Assembly (NCBI GenBank): GCA_964438255.1
Contig: CAYTKA010000010.1
Location: 787-64,786, forward strand
Length of the DNA stretch: 64,000 bases
Direction of reading: 5' to 3'
From: an uncultured Gemmatimonadaceae bacterium
GTDB taxonomy: Bacteria; Gemmatimonadota; Gemmatimonadetes; Gemmatimonadales; Gemmatimonadaceae
Shown here: piece after piece, positions 18,954 to 28,471 of the stretch
Layout of the letters: the number at the start of each line of letters is the position of its first letter
Numbering within the stretch: the stretch's first letter is position 1
Made by a program: the position numbers and the translations under genes
Notes under the pieces: generated by a model
Seen by the model: only the letters and a program-made list of their open reading frames with translations
Told to the model about the DNA's origin: nothing
Database searches by the model: none

Positions 18954-19036
18954 GGCCGTCCTGCTGACTCACGCGGGCGGGCGGCCAGACCGGCCGTGCC
19001 TCCCGACCACCTTCCGGCGACAGGTAAGGGGCGTGT

Positions 19037-19930
19037 ATGGAGCAAGCGACCGAGACCAGGTCCAGAGGTTATTTCCGCTCGTCTCCCTCCACCGCGTTCG
19101 ATCAGTACCTACAGGACATCCAGAAGCTGCCGCTGATCAGTGATGCCGCCGAGGAGCGGCGGCTGGCGCGGCTCGCCCAGAAGGGCGACGAGGCCGCCGC
19201 CGAGCGGCTCGTGACGGCAAACCTCCGCTTCGTCATCTCGTACGTGAAGAAGTACCAGGGCCACGGACTCGACCTCTCCGAGCTCGTCGCCATCGGGAAC
19301 GAGGGACTGCTCAAGGCGGTCCGCAAGTTCGATCCCGACCAGGGAGTGAAGTTCATCTCCTATGCGGTGTGGTGGGTGCGCCAGGCGGTGCTCAAGGCGC
19401 TGGCCGAGCAGACGCGCAGCGTCCGTATCCCGCTCAACCAGAACTCGCAGCTCATCCGGCTGGCCCGCGCCGAAACGATCCTGGCGCAGGTGCTCAAGCG
19501 GGATCCCACCGAAGGCGAGATCTCCCGTCTCCTCGAGGAGTCACCCGAGCAGGTGCGCGCGGCCAAGCAGATGTCGTCCACCGAGGTCTCGCTCGACGCT
19601 CCCATCGATCGCTCGGACCGCGAGGCGTCCACCCTTGGCGAGCGCTTCGCCGGCGTCGACGGGACGGAGATCGAGGACGTGACGGACTACAAGCTCATGA
19701 AGGAGTTCATCGAGCGCGTCTTCCGGAAGTACCTCACGCCGCGCGAGCGCAAGATCCTCTTCCTGTACTACGGGCTCGACGAGAGCGGCGAGCCGATGAC
19801 CCTGGAGAAGATTGGCGCACTCATGGGTGTGACCCGCGAGCGTATCCGGCAGATCCGCGAGCGCGCCTTCGAGAAGCTGCGCGAGTCCCCCGATGGGCGG
19901 GCCCTCGCCGGGTTCTGGCAGGCAGCCTAG
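19037..19930 (+). CDS. RNA polymerase sigma-70 family factor (non-primary, RpoD/RpoS-like; regions 1.2-4)
   Basis: 297 aa with DQYLQDIQKLPLIS (region 1.2), NLRFVISYVKKY and GLLKAVRKFD (region 2) and LMGVTRERIRQIRERA (region 4.2). No region 1.1, so probably not the housekeeping sigma. Confidence 0.85.
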   Translation: MEQATETRSRGYFRSSPSTAFDQYLQDIQKLPLISDAAEERRLARLAQKGDEAAAERLVTANLRFVISYVKKYQGHGLDLSELVAIGNEGLLKAVRKFDPDQGVKFISYAVWWVRQAVLKALAEQTRSVRIPLNQNSQLIRLARAETILAQVLKRDPTEGEISRLLEESPEQVRAAKQMSSTEVSLDAPIDRSDREASTLGERFAGVDGTEIEDVTDYKLMKEFIERVFRKYLTPRERKILFLYYGLDESGEPMTLEKIGALMGVTRERIRQIRERAFEKLRESPDGRALAGFWQAA

Positions 19931-19959
19931 AGGCCGAGTCCAGCCGCGGATCGAACGAT

Positions 19960-19994
19960 GAGCGGGGCGGAGAGTATGAATCTCCGCCCCGCTT
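19960..19994 (+). terminator. Intrinsic-terminator-like hairpin after the sigma gene
   Basis: GAGCGGGGCGGAGA (19960-19973), a 7-nt loop, and TCTCCGCCCCGCTT (19981-19994), followed by GTTTCGTCT. Confidence 0.6.
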
Positions 19995-20025
19995 GTTTCG
20001 TCTGGATTGTAACTTGAACGCTCCC

Positions 20026-23000
20026 ATGGACCGTCGCCACTCCCCCATCTTCCTCGACTACACCGGCAGGCGCTGGCGCCGCATCCGCCGCGCCGCGCTG
20101 GTGCTCGGAGTGGCGACCACGATCATTGCGCTCGTGCTCGCCGGCAGCCTGGTGCTGTCGCCGCCCATCCCGCCGGAGCTGCCGCTCGCCGTCGTCAACA
20201 ACCAGCCGATCGCCCGCGCCACGACGGGCAGGCCCGGCGCGTACACCAAGATCGATCGCCTCCGCATCGCCTACCGGCGTAAGCTCGCCGCCGCGATGAA
20301 GCGGTACGGCGCCTCGACCTCGTCCCGGCGCCCCGAGGCAGTACCGGTGCGCAACGTCGGCACCGGCAATCGCCCGACGCGCACGGACGCGATCGTTGCC
20401 GGCTTCTACATCAACTGGGAAGACAACTCCTTCGCGTCGCTCAAGCGCAATTACGACAAGCTCGACTGGGTGATCGCCGAGTGGGCGTTCGTCGCGCCGA
20501 CGGCCGATTCGCTCACCCTGCGCGTCGACAAGAAGGTGATCGATCTGCTCGGCAGCAAGCCGCCGGAGACGCGGCCCTCGCTCTTCCTCATGTTGAGCAA
20601 CTTCATCGTGTCGGGGCGCGATTCGGTGCGAGGGCACTTCGATGCGAAGGTCGTGCGTGCCTTTCTCCAGAATCCCGCTGCGCGCGCGGCGGCCATTCGG
20701 CAGATCCAGGGAGCGGTGCAACAATACGGCTTTGCCGGCACGACGCTCGACATGGAGAGCTTCGACCCGACACTCGAGCCTCAGGTGCTCTCCTTCGCGC
20801 GCCAGCTCCACGACGCGATGCATGCGATGGGCAAGCTGGCCACCCAGGCCGTGGCGGCGAGCGATGCGGATGCATATGTCCGCCAGGCGGCGTTGGTGAA
20901 CGACAAGCTGTTCCCGATGCTCTACGACGAGCATTACAGCTCGGGTGATCCGGGACCGATCGCGAGCCAGCACTTCTACGCCACGCAGGCGGAGCGCTTC
21001 GCAACGCTCGTGTCGCCCTCGAAGCTCGTCCTGATGGTGGGCGCGTACGGCTACGATTGGAACGACGCGGAAGCAGTGGCGAACCATCAAGCAGAGCTCT
21101 ACAGCTTTCAGGAGACGATGCGCGCCGCCCGCGGTCCGACGCAGCCGCGCCCGCGCTTCGACCCGGTGTCGCTCAATCCCTATCTCACCTGGACGAGCCC
21201 CGACTCCACCGACCACGTCCTCTGGTATCTCGACGGAGTCACCGCCTACAACGAGATGAAGGTGGGACAGGCGCTCGGCGTGGCCGGTCACGCGATCTGG
21301 CGACTCGGCTCCGAGGACCCGTCGCTCTGGAATGCCGTGGCCGTCGACGGCCGGTTGCTCGCCGTCGACAGCTTGCAGCGCATCCCGCCGGGATACGACG
21401 CCGAGTTCAACGGCACGGGCGAGATCCTGCAGATCACGTACTTCCCGCAGGACGGCCGGCGCAACATCCAGATCGATCCCGCGACTGGATACGTATCGAG
21501 CCAGACGCTCGTGCGCGTGCCGGTGCCGTACGTCCTCGCGCGGACGGGAGGACAGCCGCGCAATCGGCATCGCGTCGCCCTGACCTTCGACGACGGGCCG
21601 GATGCACGCTGGACGCCGATGATCCTCGACACGCTGCGCTCACGGGGCGTGAAGGCGACGTTCTTCGTCGTGGGACAGAACGTCGACACGCATCTGCGGC
21701 TGCTCGAGCGTGAGTTCGCCGAAGGACACGAGATCGGCAACCACACGTACACGCACCCGAACATGGCGCTTCAGGGCGTGCGCCGCGATCGGATCGAGCT
21801 CGACGCGACCGCCTCGCTGCTGGAGGCGGTGATCAACCGGCGCACGGCGTTCTTCCGGCCGCCGTACTTCGGCGACGCCGAGCCGACGACCGATGCCGAG
21901 CTTGTACCGGTCGGCATCGCGTCCCGGCGGAACTACTGGACGATCGGTCTACACGTCGACGGCGAGGACTGGAAGGAGCTGCCGCGCGACTCGATCATCA
22001 AGCTCGTGCTCGAGCGTCGCGCCGCGCCCAACGCGATCAACGCCACGACGCAGGACTCGGCGCGCAACGTCATCCTGCTCCACGACGCCGGCGGCAACCG
22101 CATCAACACCGTCGCCGCCGTCGGGCCGCTCATCGACTCGCTGCGCGCGCGCGGTGACACGATCGTGCTCGTGAGCGAGCTCGCGGGCATCACGCGCGAC
22201 GATGCGATGCCTCAGCTCCCGCCATCGAGCGAAGCAACGCGTCTCGTGCGCAAAGCCGGCTTCGTGCTGCTCGGCACGGGCGAGACGGCACTGTTCTGGG
22301 TGTTCAGCATCGCCGTGGTGCTCGGCGTGGGGCGACTGCTCTTCATCGGCGTGCTCGCGTTGCTGCAGCGTATCCGGCGCCACCAGGACCGTGACGCCCC
22401 GGTGACCTTCACCCCCGGCGTGAGTGTGATCGTGCCGGCGTACAACGAAGAGAAGGTCGTCGTCAAGACGATCACGTCCCTGCTCAACCAACGCTACGCC
22501 GGTGAGCTGGAGATCGTCGTCGTGGACGACGGATCGACCGACGATACGTCGGCGATCGTCAGCGAGGCGTACGGCACGCATCCACGGGTCAGCCTCTACC
22601 GCAAGGCGAACGGCGGCAAGGCGACGGCGCTCAACTACGGCATCGAGCGGGCGCGACATGAGATCGTGATCGGGCTGGACGCCGATACCGTGTTCGACGA
22701 CGACACCGTGGCCGAGCTCGTGCAGCCGCTGCAGGATCAGCGGGTCGCCGCGGTCGCCGGCAATGCCAAGGTGGGCAATCGCATCAACCTCGTCACGCGC
22801 TGGCAGGCATTGGAGTACGTGACGAGCCAGAACCTCGATCGCCGCGCCTTCTCGCTCCTTGATTGCATCACCGTGGTGCCGGGCGCCGTCGGTGCCTGGC
22901 GCCGGTCGGTCGTGCAGGAAGTCGGCGGCTTCCGTGAGGACACGCTCGCCGAAGATCAGGATCTCACGCTCGCAATGCGCCGCGCCGGCTACTCGGTGGC

Positions 23001-23601
23001 ATACGCCGACGGCGCGATTGCCTACACCGAAGCACCGGACACGCTGCGCGGATTGGCCAAGCAACGCTTCCGCTGGTCATTCGGCACGCTGCAATGCGCA
23101 TGGAAGCACCGCGACGCCTTCTTCCGCCGGCGCTATGGCTCGCTCGGGCTCATCGCGCTCCCGAACGTGTTCCTGTTCCAGCTCCTTCTCCCCGCCATCT
23201 CACCGATCGCCGACTTGATGTTCGTCTGGAGCATCTTCTCGGTGTGGCTGAATGCACTCGGGCACACGGTCGACGGACGTCTCGAGTATGGGCTCGTGAA
23301 TCTCGAGCAGGTGCTGTTGTACTACGCCATCTTCCTGATGGTCGACTGGTTGGCCGCGGTGCTTGCCTTCCTGATGGAGGCGGACGAGGAGAAGCAGCTC
23401 ACGTGGTTGATTTTCCTTCAGCGATTTGCGTATCGCCAGGTGATGTACTGGGTCGTCGTACGCTCCTTCGCGGCCGCGCTCAGCGGGCGCCTGCAAGGAT
23501 GGGGGAAGTTGGAGCGCAAGGCGACGGTCTCGCTGCCAGAGCGGCGATCGGTGTGGGGCGGCATCGGCAAGTTGCTCCCTTGGCGCCGCGCGTATGACTG
23601 A
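20026..23601 (+). CDS. Tri-domain exopolysaccharide enzyme: GH18-like domain + CE4 (NodB) polysaccharide deacetylase + processive GT2 synthase (PgaC/IcaA/NodC-like)
   Basis: Start moved to ATG 20026 (MDRRHSPIF..., in frame with the 1410-aa ORF, which otherwise overlaps the sigma gene). GH18-like FAGTTLDME. CE4 RVALTFDDGPD...ATFFVVGQNV...EIGNHTYTHP. GT2 VIVPAYNEE, VVDDGSTDDT, DADTV, LAEDQDL and QRFRWSFG. TM segments lie before, between and after the domains. Confidence 0.85.
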   Translation: MDRRHSPIFLDYTGRRWRRIRRAALVLGVATTIIALVLAGSLVLSPPIPPELPLAVVNNQPIARATTGRPGAYTKIDRLRIAYRRKLAAAMKRYGASTSSRRPEAVPVRNVGTGNRPTRTDAIVAGFYINWEDNSFASLKRNYDKLDWVIAEWAFVAPTADSLTLRVDKKVIDLLGSKPPETRPSLFLMLSNFIVSGRDSVRGHFDAKVVRAFLQNPAARAAAIRQIQGAVQQYGFAGTTLDMESFDPTLEPQVLSFARQLHDAMHAMGKLATQAVAASDADAYVRQAALVNDKLFPMLYDEHYSSGDPGPIASQHFYATQAERFATLVSPSKLVLMVGAYGYDWNDAEAVANHQAELYSFQETMRAARGPTQPRPRFDPVSLNPYLTWTSPDSTDHVLWYLDGVTAYNEMKVGQALGVAGHAIWRLGSEDPSLWNAVAVDGRLLAVDSLQRIPPGYDAEFNGTGEILQITYFPQDGRRNIQIDPATGYVSSQTLVRVPVPYVLARTGGQPRNRHRVALTFDDGPDARWTPMILDTLRSRGVKATFFVVGQNVDTHLRLLEREFAEGHEIGNHTYTHPNMALQGVRRDRIELDATASLLEAVINRRTAFFRPPYFGDAEPTTDAELVPVGIASRRNYWTIGLHVDGEDWKELPRDSIIKLVLERRAAPNAINATTQDSARNVILLHDAGGNRINTVAAVGPLIDSLRARGDTIVLVSELAGITRDDAMPQLPPSSEATRLVRKAGFVLLGTGETALFWVFSIAVVLGVGRLLFIGVLALLQRIRRHQDRDAPVTFTPGVSVIVPAYNEEKVVVKTITSLLNQRYAGELEIVVVDDGSTDDTSAIVSEAYGTHPRVSLYRKANGGKATALNYGIERARHEIVIGLDADTVFDDDTVAELVQPLQDQRVAAVAGNAKVGNRINLVTRWQALEYVTSQNLDRRAFSLLDCITVVPGAVGAWRRSVVQEVGGFREDTLAEDQDLTLAMRRAGYSVAYADGAIAYTEAPDTLRGLAKQRFRWSFGTLQCAWKHRDAFFRRRYGSLGLIALPNVFLFQLLLPAISPIADLMFVWSIFSVWLNALGHTVDGRLEYGLVNLEQVLLYYAIFLMVDWLAAVLAFLMEADEEKQLTWLIFLQRFAYRQVMYWVVVRSFAAALSGRLQGWGKLERKATVSLPERRSVWGGIGKLLPWRRAYD

Positions 23602-24523
23602 TCGCATTCCCGCCATCGTCAACGTCGCCTCGGGCACGGCTGACGAAGCGCGCGAGGCGCTCTCACTGAGTGGTGCGTTCGACGTGCGCGAGGTGCAGCC
23701 GACGGACATCGCGCGCACGGTGAAGCGAGAGGTGAAGCAGGGCGCACGACGGGTGCTCGTCGCCGGCGGCGACGGCACGATCGCGACCGCCGCGGCGGCA
23801 CTGGTCGAGGCGCCGGTGGAGCTCGCCGTGCTCCCGGCGGGCACGCTGAACCACTTCGCGCGCGACCTCGGCATCAGCACGATCGCTGCCGAAGCGGTGG
23901 AGCTCGCCACCAGTACCGGCTGTCGCACGGTCGACGTCGGCATGGTGAACGGTCGCGTCTTCCTCAACACGAGCAGCGTCGGCGCGTATGTTCGGTTCGT
24001 GCGCGTTCGCGATTATCTCGAGCCGCGATTCGGGTACCGGCTCGCGTCGGCGATCGCCGCGTTCCGCCTTCTCCTCACGATGCGACTGATGGCGGTGGAG
24101 CTGGAGGTCGATGGTGAGACGCGCGTCGTTCACACGCAGCTTGTCTTCGTCGGCGTCGGCGAGCGCGAGCTGCGACTGCCGTCGCTCGGTAAGCGAGTCC
24201 CGAATGGGAAACGCGGCCTGCACGTCATGGTCGTGCAGGGACGCTCCCGGGCGCGGCTGCTCGCCCTCGCGCTCGCGGCGGTCGCGCGTGGGGTGAAGGC
24301 CGTGTCGGATACACCGCAATTCCAGAGCTTCATCGTCGATCACTTCCGCATCCACACGCACGGGGGGGGCACCGTTGCCGTGGACGGCGAGATCGTGCAA
24401 CTCACACCGCCGCTACGTTACGAGCTGAAGCGGGACGCGCTGACCGTCGTGTGCCCGCCCGCGGAGACCGAGCTCGCGAAGGAGGAGCGGAAGGAGCACA
24501 AGCAGGAGAAGAAGAAGGTATGA
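23594..24523 (+). CDS. Diacylglycerol-kinase-family lipid kinase (second copy), Lys/Glu-rich tail
   Basis: 309 aa with VLVAGGDGTIATAAAAL and LAVLPAGTLNHFARDLG. Its start overlaps the synthase stop by 8 nt. C-terminal ELAKEERKEHKQEKKKV. Confidence 0.75.
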   Translation: MTDRIPAIVNVASGTADEAREALSLSGAFDVREVQPTDIARTVKREVKQGARRVLVAGGDGTIATAAAALVEAPVELAVLPAGTLNHFARDLGISTIAAEAVELATSTGCRTVDVGMVNGRVFLNTSSVGAYVRFVRVRDYLEPRFGYRLASAIAAFRLLLTMRLMAVELEVDGETRVVHTQLVFVGVGERELRLPSLGKRVPNGKRGLHVMVVQGRSRARLLALALAAVARGVKAVSDTPQFQSFIVDHFRIHTHGGGTVAVDGEIVQLTPPLRYELKRDALTVVCPPAETELAKEERKEHKQEKKKV

Positions 24524-25974
24524 CGTCGGCCACGCTCGCCTCGCCGGAGACGGCGCTCGTCTCGCGCCTCGCAGAGATCGTCGGCGAGCGACGGGTGCTC
24601 GTGCGCGCCGGTGAGCTGCGGACGTACGAGTCGGATGGCCTGCCAGGCTATCAGCAGCGGCCGTCGATTGCCGTCTTCCCCGGTACGCGCGACGAGACGA
24701 TCGCCGTCGTGCGTTTGCTTCACGAGCTTCGCGTCCCCTTCGTGCCGCGCGGCGCCGGCACCGGATTGTCCGGTGGTGCGCTCGCCGACGGCATCGTGCT
24801 GCTCGGTCTCCACCGGCTGACGCGCATCATCTCGATCGATGCGGAAGACGCGCGCGCCGTCGTCGAACCGGGCGTGGTGAACGCGTCGCTCACCCGCGCC
24901 GTGACGCCGTTCGGTCTGCACTACGCACCCGATCCGTCGAGCCAGACGGCGTGCACGATCGGCGGCAATGTCGCCGAGAACGCCGGCGGTCCGCACTGCC
25001 TGAAATACGGCGTCACGCTCAACCACGTGCTCGCGATCACGGCCATGCTCCCGAACGGCGAGATCGTGACGCTCGGGAACCCGGACGGAGAGCGCGAGGG
25101 GTATGATCTCCTCGGCGCATTCATCGGCAGCGAAGGCTGCTTCGGCGTCGCACTCGACGTCACCGTGCGGCTCCAGCGCAACCCGCAGGCGGTGCGCACG
25201 CTGCTCGCCGACTTCATGTCGATCGATGCTGCAGCACGCGCCGTGTCGGCGATCATCGCGGCGGGCATCGTACCGGCGGCGATGGAGATGATGGACGCGG
25301 CGACGATCCAGGCGGTAGAGGCATCGATCTACGCAGCCGGCTATCCCACCGATGCCGCGGCGATCCTGCTCATCGAGCTCGATGGCGCGTCGGCGGGGAT
25401 CGACGACGACGCCGCACGGGTCGCCGCGTTCTGCCGCGACGCCGGGGCGCGCGGCGTGCGCGTCGCCACGGATCCCGCCGAGCGGGCGCGACTCTGGCAG
25501 GGACGCAAGAAGGCGTTCGGTGCGATGGGACGCATCGCGCCGCATCTCGTCGTACAGGATGCAGTCGTGCCGCGTACCAAGCTGCCCGCGGTGCTGGCGG
25601 AGATCGCCCGCATCGCGAGCGAGCTGGGGGTGCACGTGTGCAACGTCTTCCACGCCGGAGACGGCAACCTGCACCCGAACATCCCGTACGACGCGACCGA
25701 CGAGCGTGAAGCCGAGCGGGTGCATCGCGCCATGTCGGCGATCATGCGAGCATGCGTCGACGCCGGTGGCACGATCACCGGCGAGCATGGCATCGGGTTG
25801 GACAAGCTGCCGTACATGGACGCGCTCTTCTCGCCCGACACGCTCGGCGCCATGTGCGCGCTACGCACGGTGTTCGATCCCGACCGCCGCGCCAATCCCG
25901 CCAAGGTCGTACCGGTGCACAGCTGCCGCGAGTGGCATGGCGTGCCCTCGGCCCGGGCGGGAGTCGCGTCGTGA
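24520..25974 (+). CDS. glcD: Glycolate oxidase subunit GlcD (FAD-linked oxidase)
   Basis: ATG 24520 (ATGA overlap). FAD-binding PCMH region VPFVPRGAGTGLSGGA. C-terminal GGTITGEHGIGLDK. Confidence 0.85.
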   Translation: MTSATLASPETALVSRLAEIVGERRVLVRAGELRTYESDGLPGYQQRPSIAVFPGTRDETIAVVRLLHELRVPFVPRGAGTGLSGGALADGIVLLGLHRLTRIISIDAEDARAVVEPGVVNASLTRAVTPFGLHYAPDPSSQTACTIGGNVAENAGGPHCLKYGVTLNHVLAITAMLPNGEIVTLGNPDGEREGYDLLGAFIGSEGCFGVALDVTVRLQRNPQAVRTLLADFMSIDAAARAVSAIIAAGIVPAAMEMMDAATIQAVEASIYAAGYPTDAAAILLIELDGASAGIDDDAARVAAFCRDAGARGVRVATDPAERARLWQGRKKAFGAMGRIAPHLVVQDAVVPRTKLPAVLAEIARIASELGVHVCNVFHAGDGNLHPNIPYDATDEREAERVHRAMSAIMRACVDAGGTITGEHGIGLDKLPYMDALFSPDTLGAMCALRTVFDPDRRANPAKVVPVHSCREWHGVPSARAGVAS

Positions 25975-27122
25975 GCGCAACGGTGGCGAGCGGGTCGGCG
26001 CGCACGATCGCCGAGCGTGTGCGCGCGGCACGGTCCGCAGGCACGCCGCTGCGAATTGTCGGTGCGGGCAGTTGGCTCGATGCGGGCCGACCGGCGCGTG
26101 CGCGAGAGACGCTCGATCTGTGCGCTGCGGGCGGGATCGTGGAATACGAGCCGGGTGATCTCACTCTCACGGCGCGTGCCGGCACGTCGCTGGCCGAGAT
26201 CGTGCGGGTGACGCGCGCCGAGCATCAGTGGCTCGCGCTCGATCCCCATGGCACCCCCGACGGCACGATCGGCGCGACCGCCGCGACCGCCTCCGCGGGA
26301 CCGCTCGCGTCTGCGTTCGGCACGCCGCGCGATCAGCTACTCGGCTGCGAGGTCGTGACGGGACGTGGCGAGATCGTGCGGGCAGGCGGACGCGTGGTAA
26401 AGAACGTGGCGGGATTCGACCTCGTGCGACTCATGGTCGGCGCGTGGGGCACACTCGGCGCGATCACCGAGGTCACCGTTCGCCTTCGCGCATTGCCGGA
26501 GGTCGAGCGCACGCTCGCGCTGGAGGCGAACGCCGACGATGCGCGTCGTTGGCTGCGCGCCACCGAGTTCGTTCCCTTCGCCGCCGAGCTGCTCACGCCA
26601 GCCATCGCCGCGACGCTCGGCGTCGGCTCGACCACCACGCTCCTACTTCGACTCGGCGGCAATGCGGCGCTCGTGCGCGCGGCGGCGGAGTCCGCCGCCA
26701 CGTTGGCACCCATCCGCGATGTGGATGGAGCGGTGTGGCGCGCCCTCGGCGCGAGCGAGCCGGGCGACGCTGCCGTGGTGCGGCTGAGCACCGTTCCCTC
26801 TCGTCTCCCGGCTCTCTGGGAGCGCGCGGCCGCGTCGATGGAGCGTGTCGGCGGCTACGCCCACGCGACGCTTCAGCGTGGCGTCGTGCGCTGCGTCATT
26901 CCTTCGGTCGGCACGGACGACGAGGTCGTTGCGCGCCTTCGCGGCATCATCACGGCGCTCCGCATCGAGGCGACCTGCATCGCCGAGCGGCTGCCCGCCA
27001 CCCTCTGGCCGGCACTCATGCCCTCGGCCGCGGCCGATCCACTCTCGATCAGAGTGCGCGACGCGTTCGATCCCGACCGTCTGTTGAACCCCGGCGTCCT
27101 CGGCGAGCCCGATCCCGCGTGA
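25971..27122 (+). CDS. glcE: Glycolate oxidase FAD-binding subunit GlcE
   Basis: GTG 25971 (GTGA overlap with glcD). PLRIVGAGSWLD and VKNVAGFDLVRLMVG. Position between glcD and glcF. Confidence 0.75.
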   Translation: MSATVASGSARTIAERVRAARSAGTPLRIVGAGSWLDAGRPARARETLDLCAAGGIVEYEPGDLTLTARAGTSLAEIVRVTRAEHQWLALDPHGTPDGTIGATAATASAGPLASAFGTPRDQLLGCEVVTGRGEIVRAGGRVVKNVAGFDLVRLMVGAWGTLGAITEVTVRLRALPEVERTLALEANADDARRWLRATEFVPFAAELLTPAIAATLGVGSTTTLLLRLGGNAALVRAAAESAATLAPIRDVDGAVWRALGASEPGDAAVVRLSTVPSRLPALWERAAASMERVGGYAHATLQRGVVRCVIPSVGTDDEVVARLRGIITALRIEATCIAERLPATLWPALMPSAAADPLSIRVRDAFDPDRLLNPGVLGEPDPA

Positions 27123-28423
27123 GTCACCCGCATAGCCCCTATCCCGCCGCGTGCGCCATCCCCGGTACGCCGCTCGCCGACGCGAGCGCCGGCATCGACG
27201 CGTGCGTGCACTGCGGCTTCTGCCTGCAATCCTGCCCGACCTATCTCGCCCTCGAGGACGAGAACGACAGTCCACGCGGGCGCATCGTGCTGATGAAGGC
27301 CGTCGTCGAAGGGACGCTGCCGGTAGACGATGCCGATGTTCGCACGCACATCGACCGCTGTCTGGGATGCCGCGCGTGCGAGACGGCGTGTCCGTCGGGT
27401 GTCCCATACGGCCATCTGCTGGAGGCCACGCGCGCCACGGTCACGCGCGTGAAGTCCAATCCGCCGATGGCGCGACTCATTCTGTTCGTGTTCGCGCGCC
27501 CGCTGCTCACGAGGCTCGCGATGCTCGGTGGCCGCGTAGCGCGCGCGACGCGCCTCGCGTGGCTGCTCGCCCGCCTGCCCGGCCGACTGGGCTTCGCCAT
27601 GGCGATGCTCGACTCGACGCGCTCGCCCCTGCAGCTGCGTCGCTACGAGACCAGGAGTGAGGGCACGCGCGGTACGGCCACGCTGCTCAGCGGTTGCGTC
27701 ATGGAAGGTCTCTTCGCCGTGACCAACCGTGCCACGGAGCGGACGCTCACCGCGAACGGATACACCCTCGTCGGCACGGGCGGCCAACGCTGCTGTGGCG
27801 CGCTGCACGCGCACGCCGGGGACGACGAGACAGCGCGCAAGCTCGCGCGCGCGAACGTCGCCGCGTTCGAGCGATCGGGAGCTGACTTCATCGTCGTGAA
27901 CGCCGCAGGATGCGGCGCGATGATGAAGGAGTACGGTCAACTCCTCGCCGACGATCCGGCGTGGTGCGATCGCGCCGCCGCAGTGGCGGGGCGGGTGCGC
28001 GACGTGAGCGAGCTGCTCGCCGAAGCCGGTCCACGTCCAGGCAGCGACCTGCCGCTCACCGTCACGTACGATGCGCCCTGTCATCTGCTGCATGCACAAC
28101 GTGTAGCCTCCCCTCCACTTGCCGTGCTCGGCGCGGTGCCCGGGCTCACGCTCGTGCCGCTCGAGGGGAGTGAGCATTGCTGCGGAAGCGCGGGCATCTA
28201 CAACCTCATCGAGCCCGACGTGAGTGATCGCGTGCTGGCGCCGAAGCTGGCGAACATCGCCGCCACGCGTGCGCCGCTCGTCGCGACCGGGAACCCGGGA
28301 TGTCTCATGCAGATCGGCGCTGGGCTCAGGCGGGCCGGGATGCATGCGCGCACGGTGCACCCAGTCGCACTGCTCGACGCGTCGTACGCGCTGGCCGCCG
28401 AGAAGAAGAACGTCGACGGCTGA
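27119..28423 (+). CDS. glcF: Glycolate oxidase iron-sulfur subunit GlcF
   Basis: GTG 27119 (GTGA overlap). Two ferredoxin-type motifs, CVHCGFCLQSCP and CLGCRACETACP, plus CCG repeats (HCCGSAG). Confidence 0.85.
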   Translation: MSHPHSPYPAACAIPGTPLADASAGIDACVHCGFCLQSCPTYLALEDENDSPRGRIVLMKAVVEGTLPVDDADVRTHIDRCLGCRACETACPSGVPYGHLLEATRATVTRVKSNPPMARLILFVFARPLLTRLAMLGGRVARATRLAWLLARLPGRLGFAMAMLDSTRSPLQLRRYETRSEGTRGTATLLSGCVMEGLFAVTNRATERTLTANGYTLVGTGGQRCCGALHAHAGDDETARKLARANVAAFERSGADFIVVNAAGCGAMMKEYGQLLADDPAWCDRAAAVAGRVRDVSELLAEAGPRPGSDLPLTVTYDAPCHLLHAQRVASPPLAVLGAVPGLTLVPLEGSEHCCGSAGIYNLIEPDVSDRVLAPKLANIAATRAPLVATGNPGCLMQIGAGLRRAGMHARTVHPVALLDASYALAAEKKNVDG

Positions 28424-28471
28424 GCGCCGGGGCCGTAGCGCCCCCGCCCGCTCGCGGTTTACTTATTCGTC

